From an uncultured Nitrososphaerota archaeon (GTDB lineage Archaea; Thermoproteota; EX4484-205; JAAOZO01), in contig CAYOYV010000021.1 of assembly GCA_964408285.1 (NCBI GenBank), positions 1-16,346 of the forward strand: a stretch of DNA of 16,346 nt, written 5' to 3'. Shown in pieces: positions 1 through 8,204 of the stretch; within the stretch, counting starts at the first letter, position 1; each line of letters begins with the position of its first letter. Under the pieces are notes generated by a model. The model was not told where the DNA came from. It was given only the letters and a program-made list of their open reading frames with translations, and made no database searches. Both the position numbers and the translations under genes were made by a program.

Positions 1-1
1 C

Positions 2-2662
2 TCATGATGTGCGCATTCGCTGTTTGGCATGTATCTTTATCACGAGCTTGTTGCCCTTTTCAACTAGGACAGGACCACGCAACGATATTTCCCCATTGAT
101 GGTCTCGAATTCAAGGGCTCTTCTTCCTAGGGAGATGGATTGAAGCTTCCGACCATTTAGGAAGGGAAGTCTCAGCGAATTCAATTCAAGCTTCCCGTAT
201 TCCACTGTGATCACAACGAGGTTTGGTTTCATATCAAATATGCCCCAACCGTGACTCAGGGACCAGAAAGACCTGAACTTGCCACCCTCGGTACGAGCCG
301 GATTGAATCCTATGTACCCTTTCACCATATCGAATTGGAATCCGCTTAGAGCTAGTAGCAGGGCATAGGACGCCATGGAGCGGGCATAGTTGCTTCCACA
401 CTCAAATTCATTCCATGGATTTCGTCTCTCGCCATCATACCGAGCCCGAACTGCTTTCGCCACTTCCAGGCCTTCATCGATCAGTCCTTCTTGGATCATG
501 TGACTTGCTGCAGCATACTCGAAACCGTTCATTGCCTCCTCAGCATAAGGTACGGGGAAGGCAGGCTTGTGCTTGCCTTTGGGCCACTCACTGATGATCA
601 GGGCAGCCTCGTCGTTAAGGCCGAAGATGCGGCAAGGGTTGAAGAATTCCCTCACGTTTTTCTTGAAATTGTACTTGAAAACGGAGCTCAAAGCTTTTTT
701 TGTCTGCCGCTTGTCGAAAATCTCTCCCAGTCCACAGATGTTCGCATGCCACTGGGCCAAGAGCTGATCGACCCCGCATCCGCCTGCGATTTGATACTTG
801 ATCTCTTTGTGCTCTTCATCCCAGTACGTCTTCTCCACTTTGGGATCTGTCGTTTTGAATTTTTCCAGAATGGACTTATTCTTGATGTCTATGATTTGGG
901 TATAGTACTCGCCATTGAAGAGATTTGCGTCAGCCCATTTCTTTCCCTTCTCGAAAAGATCACGATATTCTTTTGCCTTGTCTCCTTCTCCGACATATTC
1001 TGCCATCTCGGCAGCAGCTTTGAGGGCGGCGAGATAGAACCCCGTGAGCCAGGAGTTTGGGCCAAAGAGCTCCATGTCGAGAGTGTGATGTTGTCTTCCC
1101 TCGAGTACACCGTCCTTATCGAGGTCCCACTTATCTTCGTTCGTTTCAGCCCATGCGTATTCGATGGATTTCTTCATTGCATGCCAGTTGGATCTTAGCC
1201 AGGAACTGTCGCCAGTTATCTTCCAGTCCCTATATGACTTGACCACGCCACCGAACTGCCCGTCAGCGCACGCGTGTGGGAAACTCCACAATCCTCTACC
1301 GAGGGGAAGCTGAATGCGGAAGCTCATTCTCCCATCCTCGCGCATATTGTACTTGAAATCGAGATCCCTCATTGAACGCTCAAGCGCTGGAAAGAGGAAC
1401 GGCAGCACATAGGCGTAGTTCCAAACATGCGTGCAACTCCCTTCGCAACAACCGGATGAAGCGCTGCACCCCTCCCATCCATAGAACGATCCGTCTTCAA
1501 GTCGTAGGACTGTCGGGGTCTTCAGTATCGACAGATTCGCTGATACTGCGTCAAGGACATAGGGAGGCAGGGTGGAAGAGAAAAGTGCGTTCTTGAAGCG
1601 CACAGTCTCCTCGAACAGCCGCTCCCAATTCTCCAGGCCGAACATGGCACTCTTCGTTGAATCGTGGAAAAGCGTCGCGTAGTAGTTCTTCCATGTCTTT
1701 GCCTTCTTGGGAACGCAACCGCATTCTTGACAATCGTTTTTCTCAGGTTTCCAGTAATTGTAGCAATTCGGAAAGCTCCAACTGATGATGAACCTCACAC
1801 TTCTCGTTTCCTTGGGTCTCACTTGAAAGTGCGCTGCCAAGAGACAGAGGTCTTGGATATTCTCCTCGTTCTCAGGGTAATGCCTATTCTTGAATTTGCC
1901 TGGCGAGGTTAGCTCCCTCCAGTATATCCCCAGGCTGTCGAACCACTGCCCTCTGAACCAATACTCCTGATAGCTGGCCTTTGCATCGGTGGCAATCGTC
2001 ATGTCCCCGAATTCGGGGACGTCACTGCTCAACTTGTTTGAGCTCAGTTTTATGAAATGAATCGTGCCATTTCGACCATAGATATTGGTGGTGCTGCCCT
2101 TCGGCAATGGATTCTGCAACGAAAGACAAACCGTGTAGCTGATCGAGCTCTTGGTCGTGTTCTTGACACTTATTTCGAAAAACGCAGCAGGTATGCTGGA
2201 GTCCATTTCATTGAGCGGGATATAGGGATTGAATGCAATCATCTGGATCGTTCCAGGGAATTTGTCGTCGTTGAAACGCAAGTTCGCGATAGGATACTCG
2301 CCCTTGAACTGGACTTTCTTGAAATGAGGTACACCTGCCATCTGATCCCTTGAAGGGCCGAACCCGAATGATCTACCCTGTTCCCCCGTGTATGGAGGCA
2401 GCAGATCGCCGTTCAGAACGCGCGCATCTATTACCTTTCCTCCGGTCTCCGCCTTTATCGCGAAGTGGGAAAAACCATTCAGGCTTCCCTTGTTGGGTTT
2501 GTTGAAAATCTCCCAGTCAATAAGCCTCCCGTTTCCAGCAAGGCCGATGCACCCTGACCCAATGCCACCCAAAGGAAATGAGACCTCTTTGCCTTTTGCT
2601 CCGTCATAACGGAAATCGGTTCTGGTTTGCGTTTTCTTTCCCATTGCTGACTGGCTTTTCAT
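2..2662 (-). CDS. GH116 family glycoside hydrolase (non-lysosomal glucosylceramidase/GBA2-like beta-glucosidase)
   Basis: N-terminal FPLGGIGSGCIGLAGNGRLIDWEIFN motif; GWEG (candidate nucleophile Glu) followed by GCCEGSCTHVWNY; QHHTLD (candidate acid/base Asp); C-terminal RNPWNEFECGSNYARSMASY. Start placed at ATG 2662 because a TATA-like ATTTATC lies at 2701-2695; ATG 2644 is an alternative. Confidence 0.93.
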   Translation of the reverse strand: MKSQSAMGKKTQTRTDFRYDGAKGKEVSFPLGGIGSGCIGLAGNGRLIDWEIFNKPNKGSLNGFSHFAIKAETGGKVIDARVLNGDLLPPYTGEQGRSFGFGPSRDQMAGVPHFKKVQFKGEYPIANLRFNDDKFPGTIQMIAFNPYIPLNEMDSSIPAAFFEISVKNTTKSSISYTVCLSLQNPLPKGSTTNIYGRNGTIHFIKLSSNKLSSDVPEFGDMTIATDAKASYQEYWFRGQWFDSLGIYWRELTSPGKFKNRHYPENEENIQDLCLLAAHFQVRPKETRSVRFIISWSFPNCYNYWKPEKNDCQECGCVPKKAKTWKNYYATLFHDSTKSAMFGLENWERLFEETVRFKNALFSSTLPPYVLDAVSANLSILKTPTVLRLEDGSFYGWEGCSASSGCCEGSCTHVWNYAYVLPFLFPALERSMRDLDFKYNMREDGRMSFRIQLPLGRGLWSFPHACADGQFGGVVKSYRDWKITGDSSWLRSNWHAMKKSIEYAWAETNEDKWDLDKDGVLEGRQHHTLDMELFGPNSWLTGFYLAALKAAAEMAEYVGEGDKAKEYRDLFEKGKKWADANLFNGEYYTQIIDIKNKSILEKFKTTDPKVEKTYWDEEHKEIKYQIAGGCGVDQLLAQWHANICGLGEIFDKRQTKKALSSVFKYNFKKNVREFFNPCRIFGLNDEAALIISEWPKGKHKPAFPVPYAEEAMNGFEYAAASHMIQEGLIDEGLEVAKAVRARYDGERRNPWNEFECGSNYARSMASYALLLALSGFQFDMVKGYIGFNPARTEGGKFRSFWSLSHGWGIFDMKPNLVVITVEYGKLELNSLRLPFLNGRKLQSISLGRRALEFETINGEISLRGPVLVEKGNKLVIKIHAKQRMRTS

Positions 2663-2954
2663 AGTGTGTCGACTGCAGAAGCCTCGCACCACCAGATAAA
2701 TGGCTTATGCGAGATCGCTCGCGCGATGCATCACTTCTCCTCATAGGGGTTTGCACAAAGAGCACAGGTGAGCAATCGGCAGCTCACGCCGGCCTAGCAG
2801 CGCATCCTGTGGGAGAGTCATTGACGAATGTAACAGAAATCGGGATGAGGTGAAGGCCTCAGCGTTCAATTGACTCTGGGCTGGGAAGCAAGGAGGGGCG
2901 ATGAACACAGATCGCGCTGGATTCTCATGATGTTCGACCACTCTGCACGAGCGA

Positions 2955-3680
2955 CTACCAGATGCCCGGAAGCAGGCGATGGCGCACTCGCTTGGCGTAT
3001 TCCCTATAGCCGTCAAGTTCCTCCAGCAAGGTTCTGTCCTCAAGCGCAGTCCGGAGAATAAGAAGGAGCGTTCCAAGAGCTCCCGGGATTAGCGCCCACA
3101 GTGAGCCGAGGGCCAGAGGCGTTGCAATAAAGAACGAGATGATGTATCCGGCATAGCCTGGATGGCGCACATATCGGTAAGGGCCGCCTGTGGCTACGGT
3201 CTGGTCCCGATCCATCTGGATGCGGACAACGCTTGAGAAGAATTTGTTCGATGCCATCGCCCAAGTGAACAGGCCTTGTCCCAGCGCGTAGGAAATCAAG
3301 GCGGCGAGATGAATCGCCAAGTCTAATTGGGGCGACCATCCGAAGCGCTCATCCAGCCCCACCACGACGAATATGCCGAGTGCCAGAACGCCGACGATGC
3401 TGGCAAGAGCCTTGTCCCAAGCCTTGGCGTTCTCTTTGACCTCGCCCCGCTCTGCTATCAACTCTGGGCTCATGACAAACAGATTAACTACTAGAAGAAC
3501 AGCACCGACACCAAGGTAGGCCCAAGCCCACATCCAATCCAAGCGGCCTGACAAGACGAACAAGATTGCCGCTATGATCAGAGACTGCAAAACCACTTGA
3601 AGTAAACGTCTCCGAATCCTGCGATTCAGGTCAGACTTCTCGCCTGGCCGATTGACAGAAGTATTGGCGTTCATCTTCAT
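2955..3680 (-). CDS. Isoprenylcysteine carboxyl methyltransferase (ICMT/PEMT) family membrane protein
   Basis: Several hydrophobic helices; SNKFFSSVVRIQ, TGGPYRYVRHPGYAG and EDRTL..ELDGY motifs. ATG at 3680 is preceded by SD-like GGGAGG, so the ORF-track extension to 3872 is probably not translated. Confidence 0.88.
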   Translation of the reverse strand: MKMNANTSVNRPGEKSDLNRRIRRRLLQVVLQSLIIAAILFVLSGRLDWMWAWAYLGVGAVLLVVNLFVMSPELIAERGEVKENAKAWDKALASIVGVLALGIFVVVGLDERFGWSPQLDLAIHLAALISYALGQGLFTWAMASNKFFSSVVRIQMDRDQTVATGGPYRYVRHPGYAGYIISFFIATPLALGSLWALIPGALGTLLLILRTALEDRTLLEELDGYREYAKRVRHRLLPGIW

Positions 3681-3966
3681 GCCTCCCAACGAATGTTCCG
3701 CAGCGATTGGTATATTAGGCTGCCTTTTCGCGAGGTTCCATCGAGGGTCAGCCACGCAGGGCCATGTTTTCTCAAGGCTTATCCATGATGTAACTGTATT
3801 CGCTGAATAGATACTTGCGGTCGTTGCAGGGCTTCCCGAGTTCTGCCTTAGAAGAACCCCAAACGAACTCAAAGAAGAGCCAGTTTCGCGAAAAGAAGGG
3901 TTTCACGATCCAGTTGAGAAAGCTGTGAAACGTAACTGTTGTCGAATAGCTCACCATTAGGGCGGA

Positions 3967-5121
3967 CTATGACCAGCCGAATCTATTGAAAAGCGCAATT
4001 CCAACTATGAATATGAGCAGGCTATATGTGACGAGAATAGCGCCACTGGATAGCACTGTTTGGCTCAAGATCGGCGCTCCTCTCAGGAGTAGCGATGTCA
4101 GGACTTCGGTCGCGTGATAGGACGGCACAAGTATGCTGAAAGCCTTGGCTGTCTGTGGCAATATGTCAGTCACGTAGGTTCCCAGGAACATAAGCGGTAT
4201 GATGAATACGAAGGCGACTCCTGTCGCCACCTCGGGTGATTTCGAAATCGCCGCCGTTATGAGACCAAAGCCCACACAACATAATGAGAAGATCATTAGT
4301 ATCACAAACGCGAGTATGAGGCCCGGAAGATCCGCAGCTGGATGGAATCCCAACGCAAATGCCATGGCCAGGAGAAGAACGCCCTGGAGAACAGCCGTTA
4401 GCATATTTGAGATTGCCTGGCCCAGCATCAGCTCAGTTGAACTTGTGGGTGTGGTGTTGATTCTCCGAAGCAATCCCTGTTGCCTCTCTGAGGTGAAAGA
4501 CTGTGAAATGGTCATAATCAGGAATGTCATTGCAAACGTGAAAATCCCAGGAGCCATGAAATCGAACGTAGTGAAGTTCTTGGATGCAACCGTTGAAGGA
4601 TTGGCGATGGTTACAGGAAGCGAAATGAAGGTGGTATTGGCCCCTAGAACGGTCCACACAAGGGCTTGCTGGACTATGGGGGGAATTGCCTGAGTTGCGA
4701 ACATCGATCCGCTGTCGAGGTATAGCTGAAGGTCTGTCTTCACCCAGAGGCTTTGATGAGCGGAAACCCAATAGGACACGCAACTCTGTCCGAAGTTCTT
4801 GGGTATGATCAAAACCCCCTGTATCTTTCCCTCAATCAAATCTGCCTGTGCTGTCTCATTTGCCTCATATAACCGGACTTTCAATATTCTCACGCTCGTT
4901 AAGTTGCCAATGAGAAAGTCGGCCCATTGCGAAAAGACTGCGCCGGAGTTAAGATTGACCACGCCGATCTGATATGAAACGGACTGAGTCCCACCGAAGG
5001 AAACTCCAAATGCAAGGGTCAGTATCAGTGGGAAGAGAATTATCAAAAACAGTTGGGCCGGTTCCCTAATGATCTTTACCAGTTCTTTGTTCACCAATGC
5101 GCCAATCCTTTGGATTTTCAT
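3967..5121 (-). CDS. ABC-2 type exporter permease
   Basis: N-terminal KELVKIIRE followed by a TM helix, an extracellular domain, DFMAPGI, ERQQGLLRRINTTP and further TM helices. ATG 5121 sits 1 nt after the ATPase stop (TGA-G-ATG); GTG 5133 is an alternative start. Confidence 0.92.
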   Translation of the reverse strand: MKIQRIGALVNKELVKIIREPAQLFLIILFPLILTLAFGVSFGGTQSVSYQIGVVNLNSGAVFSQWADFLIGNLTSVRILKVRLYEANETAQADLIEGKIQGVLIIPKNFGQSCVSYWVSAHQSLWVKTDLQLYLDSGSMFATQAIPPIVQQALVWTVLGANTTFISLPVTIANPSTVASKNFTTFDFMAPGIFTFAMTFLIMTISQSFTSERQQGLLRRINTTPTSSTELMLGQAISNMLTAVLQGVLLLAMAFALGFHPAADLPGLILAFVILMIFSLCCVGFGLITAAISKSPEVATGVAFVFIIPLMFLGTYVTDILPQTAKAFSILVPSYHATEVLTSLLLRGAPILSQTVLSSGAILVTYSLLIFIVGIALFNRFGWS

Positions 5122-5122
5122 C

Positions 5123-5863
5123 TCACGCTTCACTCCTTATCCTCCTTCCTGTAAGCTTGATGAAAAGCTCCTCTAGGTCCCGCGTCTTGAATCTTGAGTT
5201 CAGGTTTCGCGGCGCATCAAGAGCTATGAGCTTCCCGTGGTCAATGATGCCGACCCTGTCGCACAATTCCTCTGCCTCCTCCATGTAGTGAGTGGTAAGG
5301 ACTACGGTTTTTCCCCGAGTCTTCAATTGCCTTATGAAATCCCAAACCGCATGCCTTGACTGTACGTCCATTCCGACTGTGGGTTCATCCAAGAAGACTA
5401 TCTGGGGATCGTGTACCAGCGCGATAGCTATGTTCAGGCGGCGCCTCATTCCACCACTGTATTTGCCCGCACTCCTGTTGGCGTCCTCCAATAGACCTAG
5501 CCTCTCTAGGAGATCTCTTGACCTCTTACGCAGATTATCTGGAGACATAGCATGCAAATTTCCGAAGAATTGGACGTTCTCCATGCCAGTGAGGTAGGTG
5601 TATATGGCGGTTTCCTGTGGGCACACTCCAATGATCTCCTTCACGTTCGTTGGCTCTTTTGTTATGTCATGGCCTCCTACTTGTACCGATCCTTTCGTTG
5701 GGTCCAACAAGCCGCATAGCACATTTATTGTGGTGGTCTTCCCGGCGCCGTTAGGCCCAAGCAATCCGAAAAGCTCCCCGTATTCCACCTGCAGGCTTAG
5801 TCCATCCACTGCTGTTACGTTCTCATATTTCTTCGCGAGCCCATCAATCACTATCGATTGCAT
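5123..5863 (-). CDS. ABC transporter ATP-binding protein (DrrA/multidrug exporter-like)
   Basis: Walker A GPNGAGKTT, Q-loop CPQE, signature YSGGM, Walker B VFLDEPT, H-loop TTHYM. Confidence 0.96.
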   Translation of the reverse strand: MQSIVIDGLAKKYENVTAVDGLSLQVEYGELFGLLGPNGAGKTTTINVLCGLLDPTKGSVQVGGHDITKEPTNVKEIIGVCPQETAIYTYLTGMENVQFFGNLHAMSPDNLRKRSRDLLERLGLLEDANRSAGKYSGGMRRRLNIAIALVHDPQIVFLDEPTVGMDVQSRHAVWDFIRQLKTRGKTVVLTTHYMEEAEELCDRVGIIDHGKLIALDAPRNLNSRFKTRDLEELFIKLTGRRIRSEA

Positions 5864-5890
5864 GCCGCAGTGGCAAACTGAATCGGAATC

Positions 5891-5897
5891 TATTTAA
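5891..5897 (-). promoter_or_regulatory. Archaeal TATA-like box for the ABC operon
   Basis: TTAAATA on the minus strand, 27 nt upstream of ATG 5863, with no SD sequence (leaderless-type spacing). Confidence 0.55.
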
Positions 5898-5994
5898 GGC
5901 TTGATCTTCAATTCCCAATTTCTCTCAACTTCGACGCGCACGAGATGTAGCGCGCGCTTGAATCTCTAAATATCACTCGTATTACAAAGACTTG

Positions 5995-6381
5995 ATGCTA
6001 CGAAGAGTCTTCGCGAAACGAATAGGCGAAATCATGCAAGAACACGATGCGAAAGAAATCAGAGCTGAAACGGACGCGAATTTCTTTGGGCTGGAGTCCA
6101 AGGGAATAACTCAGATAAGAGGGAATGGCATATTGCTTCTAACAACTACGCAGTTGGTGTTTGGACTGTACAAACCAGCCACTGATGTTGTCATTCCACT
6201 CTCGAAGATTGTCGCTATAGACCTTGTGAAATGGCATTTGGGCAAAAGCGTATTTCGACCACTATTTAGGATCTCTTTCATCAATCAAGATGGTTTGCAG
6301 GATAGCGCAGCGTGGCTGATTCCCGATCCCTATTACTGGAAAACCTTGCTGGAGAAAGCCCGAAGCGGAACTCCCGAATAG
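5995..6381 (+). CDS. Hypothetical protein, probable PH-like/GRAM-like beta fold
   Basis: GNGILLLTTTQLVF...VIPLSKIVAID pattern typical of PH-like/GRAM domains, ending in a helix. TATA-like CTAAATAT at 5966-5973. Confidence 0.65.
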   Translation: MLRRVFAKRIGEIMQEHDAKEIRAETDANFFGLESKGITQIRGNGILLLTTTQLVFGLYKPATDVVIPLSKIVAIDLVKWHLGKSVFRPLFRISFINQDGLQDSAAWLIPDPYYWKTLLEKARSGTPE

Positions 6382-6492
6382 GTACAAGCAACTGATCCAA
6401 TTCGGGTTTCTCAATTTGTTCTGATCAATCTCCCAGTCAAGAAAGGCATCTCGCGGGCTCCAGGCGAAGCTACTCTGGTTTTCATGCTGAGA

Positions 6493-6708
6493 CTAGGCGC
6501 TTTGCTGTGGTCTCCTTTCCTTTATCTCTCTCTCCTCATAGTGTTCCTTCAGTGCGCTCTTGGTTGCCATCTTTATTATGAAGTAGAGTGCAATGAGACC
6601 TATGATGAAGAACGCGATTCTGATGATGCCTCCGATCACAATGGCGAATAGCCCAGCGCGACTGACTACCTGTCCAACATCCAATGCTTGAAAGATCAGC
6701 TCACTCAT
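6493..6708 (-). CDS. Small membrane protein
   Basis: 71 aa; hydrophobic stretch followed by LYFIIKMATKSALKE and a charged tail. SD GGGTGA at 6720-6715 and TATATA at 6748-6743. Confidence 0.7.
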   Translation of the reverse strand: MSELIFQALDVGQVVSRAGLFAIVIGGIIRIAFFIIGLIALYFIIKMATKSALKEHYEEREIKERRPQQSA

Positions 6709-6863
6709 TCTTTGTCACCCTGATGTTAGTTACATGATTCCCTATATACGGGTTATGTACAAATCGTACTCCCTAGGTGGCAATATCAACCCCAGCGTCG
6801 CTCTTAAGTCGGTCCGCCTCGAAGAGAATAAATAACACTAGAAAAGGATCTACGTGATTCCGA

Positions 6864-7997
6864 TTGGCCCTTGCTTATTCCAAGGAAGCCATCAAGGAGT
6901 TCGCTCTTCGTAGATTGAGACTCACTCCGGAGACGCTGGGCAAGAACCGACATGATGTTCCCGTAGTCGTCAGCGATGTAGGTGGCCTGCAATATGGAGG
7001 TCACAAGATTGAACTCCTGAATCGATTTCAAAGCTTCAAAGAAGAATGGTTTGATCACTGGTATAGGAATCACGTGTTGATGGAAGGTCATGTTCTTCGT
7101 GCGGCATTGAGAATAGTGTGCGCCGACGAGTATCCTTACTACTTCAGGGCGACGAGAAGCGTTGCTCGTAGAAGGAAATACCAGAGATGTCCATCATCTA
7201 TCACAGGTCGTCATCTTCTCGCGCTCAAGTATATATCAGATCATGGGCCCTTGTCGCCGGCTGAATTTGAGACACAACTCGGGACCGAACATCCCGAATT
7301 GAAGCGAATGGCAAATACGCTCATCTACGATCTATACAATCATGGCGAGATAGCCAGAGTTGGCAGGAAGAAGGAACGCCCATCGTTTCACGCTATGGAG
7401 AAGCTTCCCCTCAAGCGAGAAATGATTCGTGTTCGTGAAAAAGAGGCGAGGGAATGGCTATTGCTCAAGTGCCTCAGCATCTACGGGCCATTTTCCGCGA
7501 AGGACATAGCACATTGGGTGGGATGGAACATCAGCGAGACAAACGAGACGATTGACACTCTATCTGAGAGAAAGGCAATAGTGAAAGTGCTTGTGGAAGA
7601 CAGCAGAGACAGTTGTTATTTGCGGGCAAGAGATGTTCCGCTCCTAGACTCCCTAGGCAAAGATATTCCTGAGAACTCGTTCGTTCGGGTCCTGTTCAAT
7701 GACGATGCACTCCTTCTTGGTTTCTACAGAAGATTGGAGTCCCTCTTCGGATACGATTGGCGTTATCCACAATTCAGTGAGGGGGTAGCTTGGCGAGCCG
7801 CGATCTTATGTGGAAGACAGATAATAGGTGAAGCAGTAATTGAAATGTATGCCCACTCAGATTCGCTCAGAGTCAAGAGTATGATCCTGAGAAGGCACCT
7901 TGTCACGCCGAGGATCCTATCTGACATAAAAGACCAGTTCATCATGCACTCAGAATTCCAACGAAAGAGACTCGTGATGCGCCACCTCGTTATTTAG
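6864..7997 (+). CDS. AlkZ/YcaQ-like winged-helix (HTH_42) DNA glycosylase family protein, divergent catalytic motif
   Basis: VVSDVGGLQY at the N-terminus; wHTH segments (ISDHGPLSPAEF; LSIYGPFSAKDIAHWVGW); VRVLFNDDALLLGF; AAILCGRQIIG. This is the HTH_42 architecture. TTG start with TAAATAA at 6829-6835. Confidence 0.75.
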   Translation: MALAYSKEAIKEFALRRLRLTPETLGKNRHDVPVVVSDVGGLQYGGHKIELLNRFQSFKEEWFDHWYRNHVLMEGHVLRAALRIVCADEYPYYFRATRSVARRRKYQRCPSSITGRHLLALKYISDHGPLSPAEFETQLGTEHPELKRMANTLIYDLYNHGEIARVGRKKERPSFHAMEKLPLKREMIRVREKEAREWLLLKCLSIYGPFSAKDIAHWVGWNISETNETIDTLSERKAIVKVLVEDSRDSCYLRARDVPLLDSLGKDIPENSFVRVLFNDDALLLGFYRRLESLFGYDWRYPQFSEGVAWRAAILCGRQIIGEAVIEMYAHSDSLRVKSMILRRHLVTPRILSDIKDQFIMHSEFQRKRLVMRHLVI

Positions 7998-8204
7998 CGC
8001 GATTCGCGCGCTTGTCCCGTTCTTGCCTGATGTGGCAGTCAGAACATAATATGGGATGGTTTGCTTGTCGGATCGCTCGCCCGAGTTGTGCATCGGAAGA
8101 TGGTAGGCGTCACGGACATTCTTGAACGTAGAAGTCGCATGAGGACATTCCCCCTGATGAAAACAAATAAGCAGTAGGAACAGATTAGGAAAGAGAGAAG
8201 TGCA

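Noticed and set aside
491-2609. Several alternative ORFs inside GH116 (e.g. 491-1198, 235 aa)
   Set aside because: Antisense or alternate-frame shadows of a well-supported gene, with no recognisable motifs.
2786-2801. Minus-strand CTAGGCCGG resembling the 5' end of archaeal SRP RNA
   Set aside because: No helix-8 motif or other SRP features follow.
3681-3872. 64-aa N-terminal extension of the ICMT ORF
   Set aside because: A better ATG with SD GGGAGG lies at 3680, and the extension has no family features.
2507-6440. 14-bp direct repeat AATCTCCCAGTCAA at 2507-2520 and 6427-6440
   Set aside because: Roughly one exact 14-mer match is expected by chance in 16 kb, and one copy encodes the conserved DWEI motif of GH116.
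8139-8195. CTGATGA (hammerhead core or box C-like) and ATGAGGA...CTGA
   Set aside because: No stem II/GAAA arrangement for a hammerhead, and the box spacing (7 nt) is too short for a C/D guide.
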